A DNA stretch of 64,000 nucleotides from an uncultured Phycisphaerales bacterium (GCA_963844715.1 CAWJPJ010000006.1:448001-512000); one strand, 5' to 3'. Shown: positions 1 through 10,808, counted from the first letter of the stretch. A program made the numbers and translations. The notes: generated from the sequence alone by a model not told the origin.

Positions 1-362
1 CCGCCGAAAGTAACTTGCCACAGAGGCGAAGTTGTCGGTACCGGCAATTGCGGAGGATTGATCTCCAATGGCGAAAAAAGGTCAACCAGCGTGCTGGTGG
101 TGATACCGGCGAAGGTGCCAGTGGGATTGGCGGAAACGTTGGTGGTGCCGAACACCAGGCTATGGGCGAGCGTGAAGTCCATCGCTTCGGTTCCAGTTCC
201 CGAAGCATTCAAATAGGCTGTCACGTTGCCGTTGAACGAAATTGCGCCATGAATCGCCGCGGCGTGCGCCCGATCGGCGGAAAGAGAAATCGCCAGGGCC
301 CCGGCCAGAACTGAACACAAGATCGCGGACACCCGGCGCGATCGCATTTGTTTTCCCTGCAT
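1..362 (-). CDS. Secreted protein, probably PEP-CTERM type (5' part only, runs off the window edge)
   Basis: Own translation, absent from the ORF track: MQGKQMRSRRVSAILCSVLAGALAISLSADRAHAAAIHGAISFNG..., signal peptide ending AHA, GGGAG RBS upstream, Thr/Gly-rich body; sorting motif not visible. Confidence 0.6.
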   Translation of the reverse strand, partial: MQGKQMRSRRVSAILCSVLAGALAISLSADRAHAAAIHGAISFNGNVTAYLNASGTGTEAMDFTLAHSLVFGTTNVSANPTGTFAGITTSTLVDLFSPLEINPPQLPVPTTSPLWQVTFG

Positions 363-759
363 CTTCATCTCCCAGGTCGTTGCGCTGGCATGGGTCACAC
401 AGCGCTTTGCAGGAGTCTTCGAGCAAGCAGCCACCAAGCGGTGACTGACGGTTCCTGCCCGCGACTCATTGCAAGAACCCTTTTGCCACGGATGGCATTG
501 GGGCGTCAACGAGATTCGAGGAGATTTACCCCCGAAAAATCAGATAAATTCGCGAAAGTATTTTTGTTTGGTTACGACTCATTTCTCTTCATCAGGTTGT
601 CTTGCATAGTCCCCTTCCTGACCACAAACTGCCCGTGCAAATCTTTCCGGGCTGGAAATCCAATCCATGGAAAAACCACCGTCGCAAAACGCGAAATGCG
701 TGTCGCAAGAGTCGATGTATAGATGGGTAAATTGGCGGCAGGCTGGAGATGTGGCGCTT

Positions 760-1441
760 TTATGACCCGGTCAGCCACTGAACCGTGCCCGCGGAGAGGT
801 TGTAGCGCGCCCCCAGCACGGTGAGGTTTTTCGCGTGCACTTCATGCTCCAGAATCGGGTCGGTGGACTTGATTTGATACACCACGCGCAGGACATTTTC
901 GTTGATGGCGTTGTCGAGCAGGTCGCCCGGCTCCAGCCTGGCTTTTTCTACGGAGGGTTCGATCGCCTGCGTAATACTGCCGATATTTCCGGGCATTTCC
1001 TCACCACTGACGGCCGCCGCCACGGCTCCACATTTGTCGTGACCGAGCACCACAACCAGATGCACGCCCAAATGTTCGACCGCGTATTCAATGCTTCCCA
1101 GCGCCTGGGCATCCACAACATTCCCCGCCACGCGCACGACAAACAGATCGCCCAGACCCTGATCGAAAACGATCTCCGGCGGCACGCGCGAATCGGAACA
1201 GCCGACGATCACCGCAAACGGATGCTGTCCGGCGGCGACATCCGTGCGCCGATCCGAATCCTGATTCAAATGCAACGGATGCCCCGAGGCGAAGCGCTCG
1301 TTGCCGGCGATGAGTTGCTGGATGGGAGTCTGATTGGCGGCTGCGTCGTGCGCCGGGGCGGATTGACTTGCACAGCCGCACGCAATCAGCAGAGAGGCCA
1401 ACCCAAGCGCAAGGCGCAGAAAGCCGAATCAAGTTCCTCAT
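760..1441 (-). CDS. Beta-class carbonic anhydrase with signal/lipoprotein N-terminus (frameshift near 5' end)
   Basis: GCSDSRV, DLFVVRVAGN and VLGHDKCGAV zinc-ligand motifs; ATG 1441 joins the ORF with one indel. Confidence 0.9.
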
Positions 1442-1549
1442 CGTCCGCATCCTCCGCGAATATGCGGACGAAATGATACTGCGCACGCGACTTCACCGCC
1501 AGACATTTCTCGGAATTCGATCGGGAGCCTTACTTCGGCAGGTCCTTGC

Positions 1550-2038
1550 TTAAGCGGCGTGGGAATAGAATTTCTTCTCCGAACTCTGGAATTCGATCCC
1601 CGTCCCCGCCGCCATCGGCGTCGTGTCGGCCGACTTCAAATCCCCCAGCGCCTTCAATTTCAGCGAGACCTCGCGAATGCGCTCTTCCAACTGGTCCTCG
1701 GCCTCGGTGGAAACCAGTCCCTGACACTCGCTGGAGAAAAGCTGCACGCTGACCAGAAAATTGTTCATGATGTCCTGAACGGTTCGCATGGTCGCCTTCA
1801 AGACTTCCAGGCGCTGATCCTCGAGAGACAATCGCTGGCGCAACATCGCGCTGTCGACCGAGACGCCGAGGATGATCAGGAATAGCCCAGCCACCACGTC
1901 ATCGATGCTGGAAGCATCCATCGAAATCAGGTTTTCAAGGTTGACGATGTTGAGCTTGAGGAATTTGCCCGCGGCCACGAGCCCAATAGCGAGAAGCATC
2001 GCGATGAACGTCATTCGGAAGCGACTTAAGAATTTCAT
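1550..2038 (-). CDS. Hypothetical membrane protein (2 TM plus helical C-terminus)
   Basis: 162 aa ORF, AGGAGG RBS, two hydrophobic segments. Confidence 0.65.
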   Translation of the reverse strand: MKFLSRFRMTFIAMLLAIGLVAAGKFLKLNIVNLENLISMDASSIDDVVAGLFLIILGVSVDSAMLRQRLSLEDQRLEVLKATMRTVQDIMNNFLVSVQLFSSECQGLVSTEAEDQLEERIREVSLKLKALGDLKSADTTPMAAGTGIEFQSSEKKFYSHAA

Positions 2039-2156
2039 ATTTCCCTCCTTGCGGGCCCCGCGACAAAGCGCGGACTCGAGGCACGTCTTGACTCCATTTT
2101 CCTATCGGGTTTACGGCACCCCATAATTAGGCCGCCGAACGTCTCATAAATGTTTC

Positions 2157-2621
2157 CTATTCCTGCTTCGTTATCGGCGTCTTGGCAAATCCAATAATCA
2201 GCAGCACCCACGCCACGATCAGGGCCAGTCCCGCCACGATATGCGCCAGTTTGACGAACAATTCCTGTGCAGCAGTTCCGCCGGTCGCGCCCGCCTGGTG
2301 CGCGGCGATCGGAAGAATCTGGTTGGTCCCCCACCACGAATTAGCGACTTCCGACCCGAGCATGACCCACGTAAGCCACGCCGCCAAAATCATCACGGCG
2401 ATCGACTTGCACCCGATGGAATGAGGAAGGCTCAAAAGAAGAATCGCCAGAACAATGAAGAGCAGACCGCTTCCCTCGAAGCCGATGTGCGCTGACAGCG
2501 CCAATCTTGGGAACGGCGTGTGGGGCACGACCAATCCCCAAACCAGCCCGGCCAGAATGAAGAGCATTCCGTGCATGAGGATCTGTTTCCCGCCGCGTGT
2601 GCGAGCCCGAGTATCACTCAT
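2157..2621 (-). CDS. Styrene-oxide-isomerase (StyC)-like membrane protein
   Basis: Four TM segments, HGMLFILAGLVWG...RLALSAH...WWGTNQILPIAA pattern; AAGGAGG RBS before MSDTR. Confidence 0.6.
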   Translation of the reverse strand: MSDTRARTRGGKQILMHGMLFILAGLVWGLVVPHTPFPRLALSAHIGFEGSGLLFIVLAILLLSLPHSIGCKSIAVMILAAWLTWVMLGSEVANSWWGTNQILPIAAHQAGATGGTAAQELFVKLAHIVAGLALIVAWVLLIIGFAKTPITKQE

Positions 2622-3114
2622 TCGCGCCTCCTTCGGTTGGTGTATCCGTTGATACGGCCTTGGGCCGCGTCGTTGCCTGCGGCAAATGCGCAAGCACCCT
2701 CGCGGTAACGAGCCGGCACAGCGGCTCCGATCCGAAATATCCCACATCGACGCGAACCACGGCCATCGTTTCCGTTCGCTGCTCGACGCTTATGTCAAAT
2801 TTCGCGCCGCGATCATCCTCCAGCTCAAACTCCCAATTGGGTTTATTCGGCCTCACTCGCCTGTCGCGAAGCACCTGGAGTCGGAGATCCCACGCCGCCG
2901 AGCGCACCGCGTCTTCGATCTGCCGGGAATCCGCCATCACCGCTGTGTCGAGCCGGCCATCCTTGAATACCGATGTGCCCGTGCTGTACGCCGTTCCGGC
3001 GATATCAGCCACCGTACCCAGCGTGGCCAGCGGCGCCGCAGCGCATCCGCCGAGGATCGGTAGAGCCGAAACAACTATCCCCAGACGGATCAGCGTACAA
3101 ACTGACTTCTTCAT
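2614..3114 (-). CDS. DUF3568-like lipoprotein
   Basis: Lipobox LGGC, C-terminal VRVDVGYFGSE. Confidence 0.6.
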   Translation of the reverse strand: MKKSVCTLIRLGIVVSALPILGGCAAAPLATLGTVADIAGTAYSTGTSVFKDGRLDTAVMADSRQIEDAVRSAAWDLRLQVLRDRRVRPNKPNWEFELEDDRGAKFDISVEQRTETMAVVRVDVGYFGSEPLCRLVTARVLAHLPQATTRPKAVSTDTPTEGGANE

Positions 3115-3120
3115 CCTCAG

Positions 3121-3516
3121 TCATGCTACAACTTTTTCAGCCAGGATGGCTACGGGCGCAATGTTCTGCTCCAGCTCCTTCGGGAAATGATGCCGCGAGC
3201 GAAGGTAATCCACGGAGTTATAGGACACCCAGACTTTCCCGCTGGCGTCTTCGGCGATCAGAATTTTCAGCGGCAGATCGATCGCGGCGCTGGGCGCCGC
3301 CTGCATCACCGGCGTTCCCGATTTAGGATCTCCGAAAATCAGCAGCTTCGTCGGGCGCATGGAAAGACCCGCCTTGGCAGCTTCGCCGCTGTGATCGACC
3401 AGAGCGAAGAGCGCGATACCCTTGGCGGCGAGGATGCCTTTCAATCGCCCCACCGCTTCGTCCACGGGATATTTACACGCCAGAGACACGATGCCGTCGC
3501 GTTCTTGTTTTTTCAT
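3121..3516 (-). CDS. DUF302 domain protein
   Basis: FALVDHSGEA...LLIFGDPKSGTPVM...IDLPLKILI motifs. Confidence 0.85.
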   Translation of the reverse strand: MKKQERDGIVSLACKYPVDEAVGRLKGILAAKGIALFALVDHSGEAAKAGLSMRPTKLLIFGDPKSGTPVMQAAPSAAIDLPLKILIAEDASGKVWVSYNSVDYLRSRHHFPKELEQNIAPVAILAEKVVA

Positions 3517-3526
3517 GGGAAACCCT

Positions 3527-3919
3527 CTATCCGGCTGAGGAAGTGGTCAGTGAAATCACGGTGAGATAAATGGCTGTCGCGATGCCGATGCATGCCAGCG
3601 CGATTGCGATGGTTATTCCAAGTCTGGAAACGCCGAGATCGCGGCGACCGGATTTCAGGTTCGCCACCAGGCTGACGTGATGCAGCGTCGCGGCGACGTT
3701 CACAATCACGCCGATGCAGACCAAGGCCACGCCAAACCAAACGGAAACCCCCGAAGGCTGATGCGGCCCGCCGCTTTTTAGATTTTGAAATTCGCGCAGA
3801 AAGATTCCGAAACGCGCCAGAACAAACCCGAAACCCATCAGGGCGATGCCGGTGCGAATCCACGCGAGATAAGTCCTCTCCGCGGCAAGAAAAACGCGAG
3901 GATCATTCTGCGGTTCCAT
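3527..3919 (-). CDS. YidH/DUF202 family membrane protein
   Basis: DPRVFLAAERTYLAWIRTGIALMGFGF. Confidence 0.88.
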   Translation of the reverse strand: MEPQNDPRVFLAAERTYLAWIRTGIALMGFGFVLARFGIFLREFQNLKSGGPHQPSGVSVWFGVALVCIGVIVNVAATLHHVSLVANLKSGRRDLGVSRLGITIAIALACIGIATAIYLTVISLTTSSAG

Positions 3920-3932
3920 GGATTTGAATTCC

Positions 3933-4041
3933 AATCTTAATCTTAATCGTAATCATAATCTTAATCGCGTCTTTCCGTCGCGGTCAGCGGCATGAGTCCA
4001 AATCAAAAGACGATTACGATTACGATTACAATTGAGATTAA
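3933..4041. repeat. Inverted repeat built of 6-nt tandem units (AATCNT)n ... (GATTAN)n, right arm interrupted by IS5
   Basis: aatctt aatctt aatcgt aatcat aatctt aatcgc (3933-3968); gattac gattac gattac aattga gattaa (4012-4041); continues gattat after the IS. Confidence 0.85.
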
Positions 4042-4935
4042 GAGCCTCTAACAAAAATGCGAATGAAGCCTGTTCCAACAGATCATTGCCTCACCCACGG
4101 TCATGAACGCGGCGTGGATGTCGGGCCGTTTTTCGTAACGGACTCGCAGTCGGCGATTCTGATGCAACCAACTCAGCGTACGCTCCACCGGCCAGCGGGT
4201 TTTGCCAAGACCACTTCCGTGCGGGCGGTTGCGTCGGGCCAGCAACGGGCGGCTGCCACGCTGACGCAACGCCTTTCGGTGCGGTTCGGAGTGATACGCC
4301 CGGTCTCCCTGCACCACCTCGAACCGCCAGCGCGGCCGGCCCGGTTTGCCCGAGACCTTTGGAATCGCATCGATCAGCGGCAGCAGTTGCGTGATGTCGT
4401 GGCGGTTGGCCGCCGTCAGGAGGGCAACCATCGGCGTGCCGTTGCCATCGGTCAATACATGGTGCTTGGAACCGTTTTTCCTGCGATCTACCGGGCTCGG
4501 ACCCGTTTTTTTCCCCCGTGCACGGCCCGCACGGAAGCAGAATCCACCAAGGCCCGCGACCAGTCGATGGCATTCGACCGCCGCAATCGATTCAGCAATA
4601 GTCCGTGCAGCTTCGTCCAAACCCCACGATGGTTCCAATCGCGCAGTCGACGCCAGCAACTCATGCCGCTGCCGCATCCCATCTCCTGGGGAAGGTATTC
4701 CCACGGAATGCCGGTTTTGAGCACGAACAGAATACCCGACAACGCCGCGCGATCGTCCAGCGGCGGCCGGCCGCGCTTTCCTGGACCACTGCGGTGCTTG
4801 GGAAGCAGGGGTCGGATCAACTCCCAAAGCTCGTCGGTCACCAACGGCTTGGTCATAAAGCCCTCCATGGCTAAGACCAAGCCGTATTGTCCGATCAACC
4901 ATAAACATGGGGAAGTGCATTTTTGTTAGAGGCTC
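4042..4935 (-). mobile_element. IS5 family (IS1031-like) insertion sequence, complete
   Basis: Perfect terminal IR GAGCCTCTAACAAAAATGC / GCATTTTTGTTAGAGGCTC; TAA duplication at 4039-4041 and 4936-4938. Confidence 0.95.
4048..4856 (-). CDS. IS5 family DDE transposase, two ORFs joined by a probable -1 programmed frameshift
   Basis: OrfA TDELWELIRPLLP...GIPWEYLP; OrfB GSKHHVLTDGNG...GDRAY...RWPVERTLSWL; slippery GGGGGAAAAAAAC on the minus strand at 4505-4517. Confidence 0.92.
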
Positions 4936-5005
4936 TAAGATTATGAGGGGAAAACAGCTCGATTACCCGCCTAAACTTCGTCAGCAGTTTACGAAGGAGT
5001 CCAGC

Positions 5006-5647
5006 ATGAAAGTCGGCATTCTTGGTTCTGGCGATGTCGGTAAATCTCTGGCCGAAGGTTTTCTCAAGCACGGGCATGATGTGACTGTCGGATCGCGCGA
5101 TCCAGGCAAGCTGGCCGAGTGGAACAAGAAGAATCCGAAAGCCAAGGTCGGCACATTCGATCAGACGGCTAAGTATGGCGAACTGGTCGTCCTGGCCGTG
5201 AATGGGAATGTCGCGGATCAAGCGCTGCAATTGGCGGGGGCGGCAAATTTAGCCGGTAAACCGGTCATCGACGCGTGCAATCCCACGGCCAACGTCCCGC
5301 CGGTCAACGGCGTGCTCACGCTTTTCACTGATTCCACAATGTCCCTGATGGAGAAACTTCAAAAGCAATTCCCGGCGGCGAATTTTGTAAAGGCGTTCAA
5401 TACCATCGGACATAACCTGATGGTCAACCCAAAATTCAAGGACGGGAAACCGACGATGTTTTTCTGCGGGAACAACGAGTCGGCCAAGAAAGCGGTCGTC
5501 AGCATCCTCGAAGAATTCGGCTGGGAGCCTTTCGACGCCGGAAAGGTCGAGGCGGCAAGAGCCATCGAGCCCTTGTGCGTGCTGTGGATCGTGCCGGGGT
5601 TAATCCGGAATGAATGGAATCACGCGTACAAAATGCTTCGGGCGTAA
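5006..5647 (+). CDS. NADPH-dependent F420 reductase-like NAD(P)-binding oxidoreductase
   Basis: MKVGILGSGDVG Rossmann motif, VIDACNP, FVKAFNT, ARAIEPL. Confidence 0.88.
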   Translation: MKVGILGSGDVGKSLAEGFLKHGHDVTVGSRDPGKLAEWNKKNPKAKVGTFDQTAKYGELVVLAVNGNVADQALQLAGAANLAGKPVIDACNPTANVPPVNGVLTLFTDSTMSLMEKLQKQFPAANFVKAFNTIGHNLMVNPKFKDGKPTMFFCGNNESAKKAVVSILEEFGWEPFDAGKVEAARAIEPLCVLWIVPGLIRNEWNHAYKMLRA

Positions 5648-5672
5648 GGCGACGTAAAATTAAACGATCATT

Positions 5673-5704
5673 AAAGGCCAATGGATCGCCATCCCTTGGC
5701 CTTT
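5673..5704. repeat. Diverged dispersed copy of the RAYT-associated REP palindrome (may also act as terminator)
   Basis: aaaggccaatggatcgccatcccttggccttt resembles aaagccaatggatggccatccgttggcttt at 22089. Confidence 0.65.
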
Positions 5705-5823
5705 TTCCTGCGCCGCCCCATCGCTCCTTCCCCGCACAAACCGCCCAAATTCCACGCGTTTTTGAGCCCGCGATCATTGCGCGTTTTTGTCTCCATCGGC
5801 GCTTACCTGAGTAGGAGGCTGGC

Positions 5824-6252
5824 ATGAAACGAGCACAACTTTCGATGCGATTATTCGCCATCCCATTAGGCCTTGCGGCGCTGGTGGGGTTATCCGGCTG
5901 CGCAACCGGGTGCGGCGGGTTCCTCACTTGCGCTGGCCCGGGATTCAACGGCGGATTCGGGCCGAGGCAGTTCGATATCGCCTATGGCCCGGCCAGACAT
6001 TACGGCGGATTTAACAATCACGACGATCGGGGCGACCACCATAACGCGGGTGATCGTGGGCATGACGCTGGTGATCACCATCACGACCTCGACATCCCCC
6101 ACCACGATGATTTCGCCAATCATGGCGCCGGCGATCGTCATTTAGATTTCGACCGCTCCCCATCTCATGATTCCGCGCCGGACCGCTCTGCTGATGGCGG
6201 CCATGCGACGATTGCAGCCGCTCCCGAACCCTCGGGCGGAGGGAAAAAGTAG
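5824..6252 (+). CDS. His/Asp/Gly-rich putative lipoprotein
   Basis: GGAGG RBS, lipobox LSGC, low-complexity HDD/GDHH tail. Confidence 0.6.
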   Translation: MKRAQLSMRLFAIPLGLAALVGLSGCATGCGGFLTCAGPGFNGGFGPRQFDIAYGPARHYGGFNNHDDRGDHHNAGDRGHDAGDHHHDLDIPHHDDFANHGAGDRHLDFDRSPSHDSAPDRSADGGHATIAAAPEPSGGGKK

Positions 6253-6319
6253 TCGCGATCACGCAATCCACGTCAATTCAATTTATCGTTTTACCTCACG
6301 GTCTTCAGAGCCTGGCTTT

Positions 6320-7104
6320 TTAACCAGGTTTCACGGCCCGAATCGCCAGGAACATCGGAATTTCCTTTCTGGCGAGGTTTTCGGCTGCGGCTCGGGGGCC
6401 GCTGTCGCTGTGTTTGTGGCTGGGCCATTCTTCCATCGCATCGACGAGCAGACCCCCTTGCCGGAGGGCTTTGACGTAAGCGCTGATCGGTCGGTGGAAG
6501 GTCCAGGTGTATTGGTCGGGCTGCGAGCCGGGATGAGTCACTATCGGGCTTTTGCGGGGAAGGAGGTACCTGTCTATGCGGCGATATTGCACCTTCTCTT
6601 TGTCGTCCCAGCCCCACTGGGCGTATTCGGCCCCACGGAAGCAGGGATGGACCATGACGATGACGAGCTTGCCGTTGGGCTTCAGGGATCGAGCAGCGCC
6701 GGAAAGAACCGGGGCGAAGGGTTGGATATTCTGGATGGCAAGTAAACAGGCGGCGCCTGCAAAGTGATTTTGCGGCAGAAAAGCCAGGTCGCGCACGTCG
6801 CCGACCTGGTATTGAATGGCCGCCGGGCCGCGCTGGCGTGCGGCGGCGATCAGGCTCTCCGATGCGTCTACCCCCGTGACATTCGCCTCGCGTTCCTGCA
6901 GGGCTCGGCAAAAGACGCCCTGCCCGCAGGCGATATCGAGGATTGGGTCCCCTGCCGCCGGAGCCAGGAGGCGCAGGGCGCGCGGGGATGACGACATGCT
7001 GGTGGAATTCGCTGCCTTTGTCGCCGACCAGATCGTCGTACCAATCGGCGACGCGCTCCCAATCGGTCGCGCAGCTTGCCAGATTTGCTTCCTTTCGCTC
7101 TCAT
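6320..7104 (-). CDS. Class I SAM-dependent methyltransferase (frameshifted 5' part)
   Basis: ILDIACGQG motif I, HPCF, TFHRPISAY; TDWERVADWYDDLVG lies in another frame upstream. Confidence 0.85.
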
Positions 7105-7199
7105 ACGGTTCTGGAAAAAAGCCGGCGGTTTGCATGCCCGGATTTGTTCGAAGGGCGTCCGCTCGAGCTGGTCCGCGGAACAGTATCACGAGAGACGGC

Positions 7200-9684
7200 A
7201 TGACGCGAGACGCAACGTTCGACACCGCCATGGGCCATCTTCGGGCCGGGCGGCTTGGCGAAGCCGAGAAGCTCTATCGCCAGATTCTGGCCAAGCGCCG
7301 GACAATCCTAACGCGCTGCACATGCTGGGGGTGATTGCGCTTCAGTCGAAGCGAATCGACGAAGCGTCCGATTACATCGGCCGGGCGCTCCGAATCTTCC
7401 GTTTCTTCCTGAAGCGCACGGAAACATGGGAGCGGTTCGCCAGGCGCAGGGGCGTCTGGACGAAGCCATCGAGCATTATCGCAAGGCGCTATCGTTGCAG
7501 CCGAACTTTGCGATTGGTCATTTCCGGCTTGGGGAAGTACTCCAGAGTTGCGAGCGCTTGGACGAAGCGGCGGAGTCTTACCGGCGCACCATCGAACTCC
7601 AGCCGAGCTATGCCGAGGCGATGATCAATCTCGGCAATGTCTATTACTCGCAGCGTAAGGTCGACGACGCCTTGGCCTGTTACGAGCGGGCGTTGAAGCT
7701 CAAGCCGAATCTTCCCGAAGCCCACAACAATCTGGGGAATATGTACCAAACCCGGAAGGATTGGGACTTGGCGATCAAATCCTACCGGCGGGCCATCCAG
7801 CTTCGCCCGGAATATCCGGATGCGCATTCCAACTTGAGTACCGCGCTACTCGAACTGGAAAAATACGATGACGCGGTTCAAGAAGCGCAGATCGCGATCA
7901 AATTGAATCCACAGGCAGCGGGAGCGATCAACAATCTGGGCAACGCCTATTCGAAGATGGGAAAGCTCGAACTTGCGGCGGAGGCGTTTGAGAAGGCGCT
8001 AGCGCTCAATCCGCAATACGCCGAGGCTGTTGTGAATCTCGGCAACGTTTATCAGGAGCGCGACGAATACGAGGAGGCGATCAAATGCTATCGCCGCGCG
8101 TTGGAGGTAAATCCCCAGCTTGTCGGCGCGATCAATAATTTGGGGACCGCCCTTCAGGCGCTGGGGAAGATGCAGGAGGCGGTCGATTGCTTCCACCGGG
8201 TCATCGAAATGGATCCGAAGCATTTCAGCGCGCTGGGGAACCTTGGAAACATCCTTCAGGCGACGGGAAAACCCGAGGAATCCAAGGATGCGTCGAAGCG
8301 GGCTTTGGAGCTTTCGCCAAACGTGCCGGATTTTTACTGCAACCTGGCCAATGCGTGCAAAGACCTCGGGCAGCTCGACGAGGCGATTCTCTATTATCGA
8401 AAAGCCCTGGAGCTAAATCCGGATTACGCGGCCGTTCACAGCAATCTGGTTTATACAATACATTTTCATCCCGGTTACGACTCCCAGGCCATCCTGCGGG
8501 AGAACAACGATTGGGATCGCCTGCACGCGCAGCCGCTGAAATCTGAAATCAAGCCCCCGTTGAACGATCGAAATCCGGATCGCAGGCTTCGCATCGGGTA
8601 CATTTCGCCGGATTTTCGGGATCACTGCCAGTCTTTCTTCACCGACCCCCTCTTGTCGCACCACGATCATGAAAACTTCGAGATCATCGCCTATTCGCGC
8701 GTGGTCAAGGAGGACGATTCAACCCGCCGATTGCGCGGATATTTCGACACGTGGAAGCCGATCGTGGGGAAAAGCTTCGAAGAGATGACCCAGATCATTC
8801 GCGACGACAAGATCGACGTGCTGGTGGACCTAACCATGCACATGGCCCATGGGCAGCTCCAGGTTTTCGCGCGCCGGCCGGCGCCGGTGCAGGTTTCCTG
8901 GCTGGCGTATCCCAGCACCACGGGCGTCGAGGCGATCGACTACCGCATCACGGACCCCTACCTTGATCCGCCGGGCAAATACGACGAGGACTATCGCGAG
9001 AAATCGTTCCGGCTCCCGGATACGTTCTGGTGCTACGACCTGACGATCGTGGGGATGAGCGAGGCGGACAGCCCGCGCGTGAGCATCCTGCCGGCGGATT
9101 TGCTGGGGTATGTCACGTTCGGGTCGCTGAATAATTTCTGCAAGGTTACGGAGCGCACGCTCGAGCTGTGGTCGAAGGCGCTGCTGGCGGTGCCGCGCTC
9201 GCGGCTTGTGTTGCTCTGCCACGAAGGGGAAGGCCGCCGGCGGGTGACCGAAATCCTTCAAAAGAACGGGATTGAACTGGACCGATTCGAATTTGTGGAC
9301 CGCCTGGCCCGCCGCGAGTACATGGACATGTACCGCCGCATCGACATCGGCTTGGACACGCTTCCCTACAACGGGCATACAACCAGTCTCGATTCATTCT
9401 GGATGGGCGTTCCGGTGGTGACGCGGATCGGGGAAACAATCGTGGGGCGCGCGGGGTGGAGCCAGCTTTCCAATCTCAATCTGCGTGAATTGGCCGCTGA
9501 GACGGACGAGCAATTCGTCAAAATCGCGGTCGATCTGGCCGCGGATCTGCCTCGCCTTGCGGAACTGTGCGCCGGACTGCGAAAGCGCATGCTGCAATCG
9601 CCTCTCATGGACGGCGCCAAATTCGCAAAAGGGATGGAAGCCGCGTATCGCCAGATGTGGCGAACGTGGTGCGAATCGAAGTAA
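7200..9684 (+). CDS. TPR-repeat O-GlcNAc transferase/SPINDLY-like glycosyltransferase (GT41), frameshifts near 7295 and 7400
   Basis: Many TPRs (AHNNLGN), LRIGYISPDFRDH, APVQVSWLAYPSTTG, LDTLPYNGHTTS. Confidence 0.92.
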
Positions 9685-9865
9685 TCGTTTCCGGGGACGG
9701 CGCAAGGGAATCATTCCGCGCCGGATATGCCAGCTTTCTGGCCTCCCCAGTCCGATAATCTCCCGCCCCACTGAAGTTGCCCTCGTTTTTCGCCGCGCTC
9801 GCGGGTGAAAACAATTCGAAATAGTACGAGCCATCGAACGTTTGTTGGATGGAGGGAGTTTGAAT

Positions 9866-10098
9866 ATGCCGCTCAAGCGGACTTACTTTCATCGAAGCTA
9901 CGCCATCGCCCATCGCGTCTTCGGGTCGGAGGCGACGGATGAGATCATTCACCAATTCTGCGTAAGCCGCGCGGGCGATCCGCAGAATCTTCTTACCGCG
10001 CGACTCTAGAAGAAGCCAAGGCGGCGATCGACGAGTTAATTGACTTGCCTATTAATAGCGGCGATACAGTCCCGCCTCTTGCGCGGGCTCGGGCATAA
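9866..10098 (+). CDS. Small hypothetical protein (needs one indel near 10000)
   Basis: GGAGGGAG RBS then MPLKRTYFHRSYAIAHRVFG...; continues TLEEAKAAIDELID in an adjacent frame. Confidence 0.35.
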
Positions 10099-10142
10099 AA
10101 ACATTGCTTGCCGCGAAGGCCGGCCAGGGCGGGTAGTATACC

Positions 10143-10316
10143 ACCGCGAAGAAGAAAAGAGATTCAACCGCGGATTTCGCGGATGGGCGCGGATAAAATC
10201 GAAAATTGTTTTGACCTTCCGCCCGCCCGGTGGGCGCGGGGAAGGTCATATTTTTGAAATGCAATTCCTTATCCGCGCCCATCTGTGAAATCCGCGCTTA
10301 ATTGTCTTTCTTCGCG
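10143..10316. repeat. Nested inverted repeat with 9-nt periodic arms (CGCGGATNN)
   Basis: aaccgcggatttcgcggatgggcgcggataa ... ttatccgcgcccatctgtgaaatccgcg; outer cgcgaagaag ... tttcttcgcg. Confidence 0.85.
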
Positions 10317-10324
10317 ACTAGTCT

Positions 10325-10726
10325 TTAATGGTGAGCGGCTAAATACTTTTTAAGGGGGTTCCAATAGTAGGTTTTCCAACCGCTGGTTACTCCGGCGTGA
10401 TCGTGCGGGGGGACGTTGATGTGGACGAGATCGATGCGGCCTTGTTTGCCTTCGTCGGTGAAATAGATGATGAGGATGGAGTCGGGGTCGGTCTTGTGGA
10501 ATTCGCAGCTTCGCCAGCGCAGGACGATGAGTTTGCCGGGGTCGGCCGCGAGCGTTGTGCCGGATAGCATTCCGCCGAAGGCAGCGAAGGGGCTGCCTGG
10601 TTTGGGGCTGATTTTGACTTTTCCGCCGCCGGTGAATGCTGCGTGGCGGCGCGGGTCCATGTAGAGATCGTAGAGCTGGTTCGCCGAGGCTTTGAATTTC
10701 ACAGAACAGACGATTGGCTTGATCAT
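10325..10726 (-). CDS. SRPBCC/AHSA1-like (activator of Hsp90 ATPase 1 family) protein
   Basis: LYDLYMDPRRHAAFTG, IVLRWR, GWKTYYWNP. Confidence 0.82.
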   Translation of the reverse strand: MIKPIVCSVKFKASANQLYDLYMDPRRHAAFTGGGKVKISPKPGSPFAAFGGMLSGTTLAADPGKLIVLRWRSCEFHKTDPDSILIIYFTDEGKQGRIDLVHINVPPHDHAGVTSGWKTYYWNPLKKYLAAHH

Positions 10727-10808
10727 GGCGTCGCTCCCGGTTGACGACGGGCGGGAGTCTACCGGATTTCTTGCCAGCAACGTGCGTTTGGACGAAAATT
10801 AGCGGACT

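Noticed and set aside
465..490. Sigma-54 promoter upstream of the first secreted-protein gene (TGGCA...TTGCA on the minus strand)
   Set aside because: GG-to-GC spacing is 13 nt rather than the required 10
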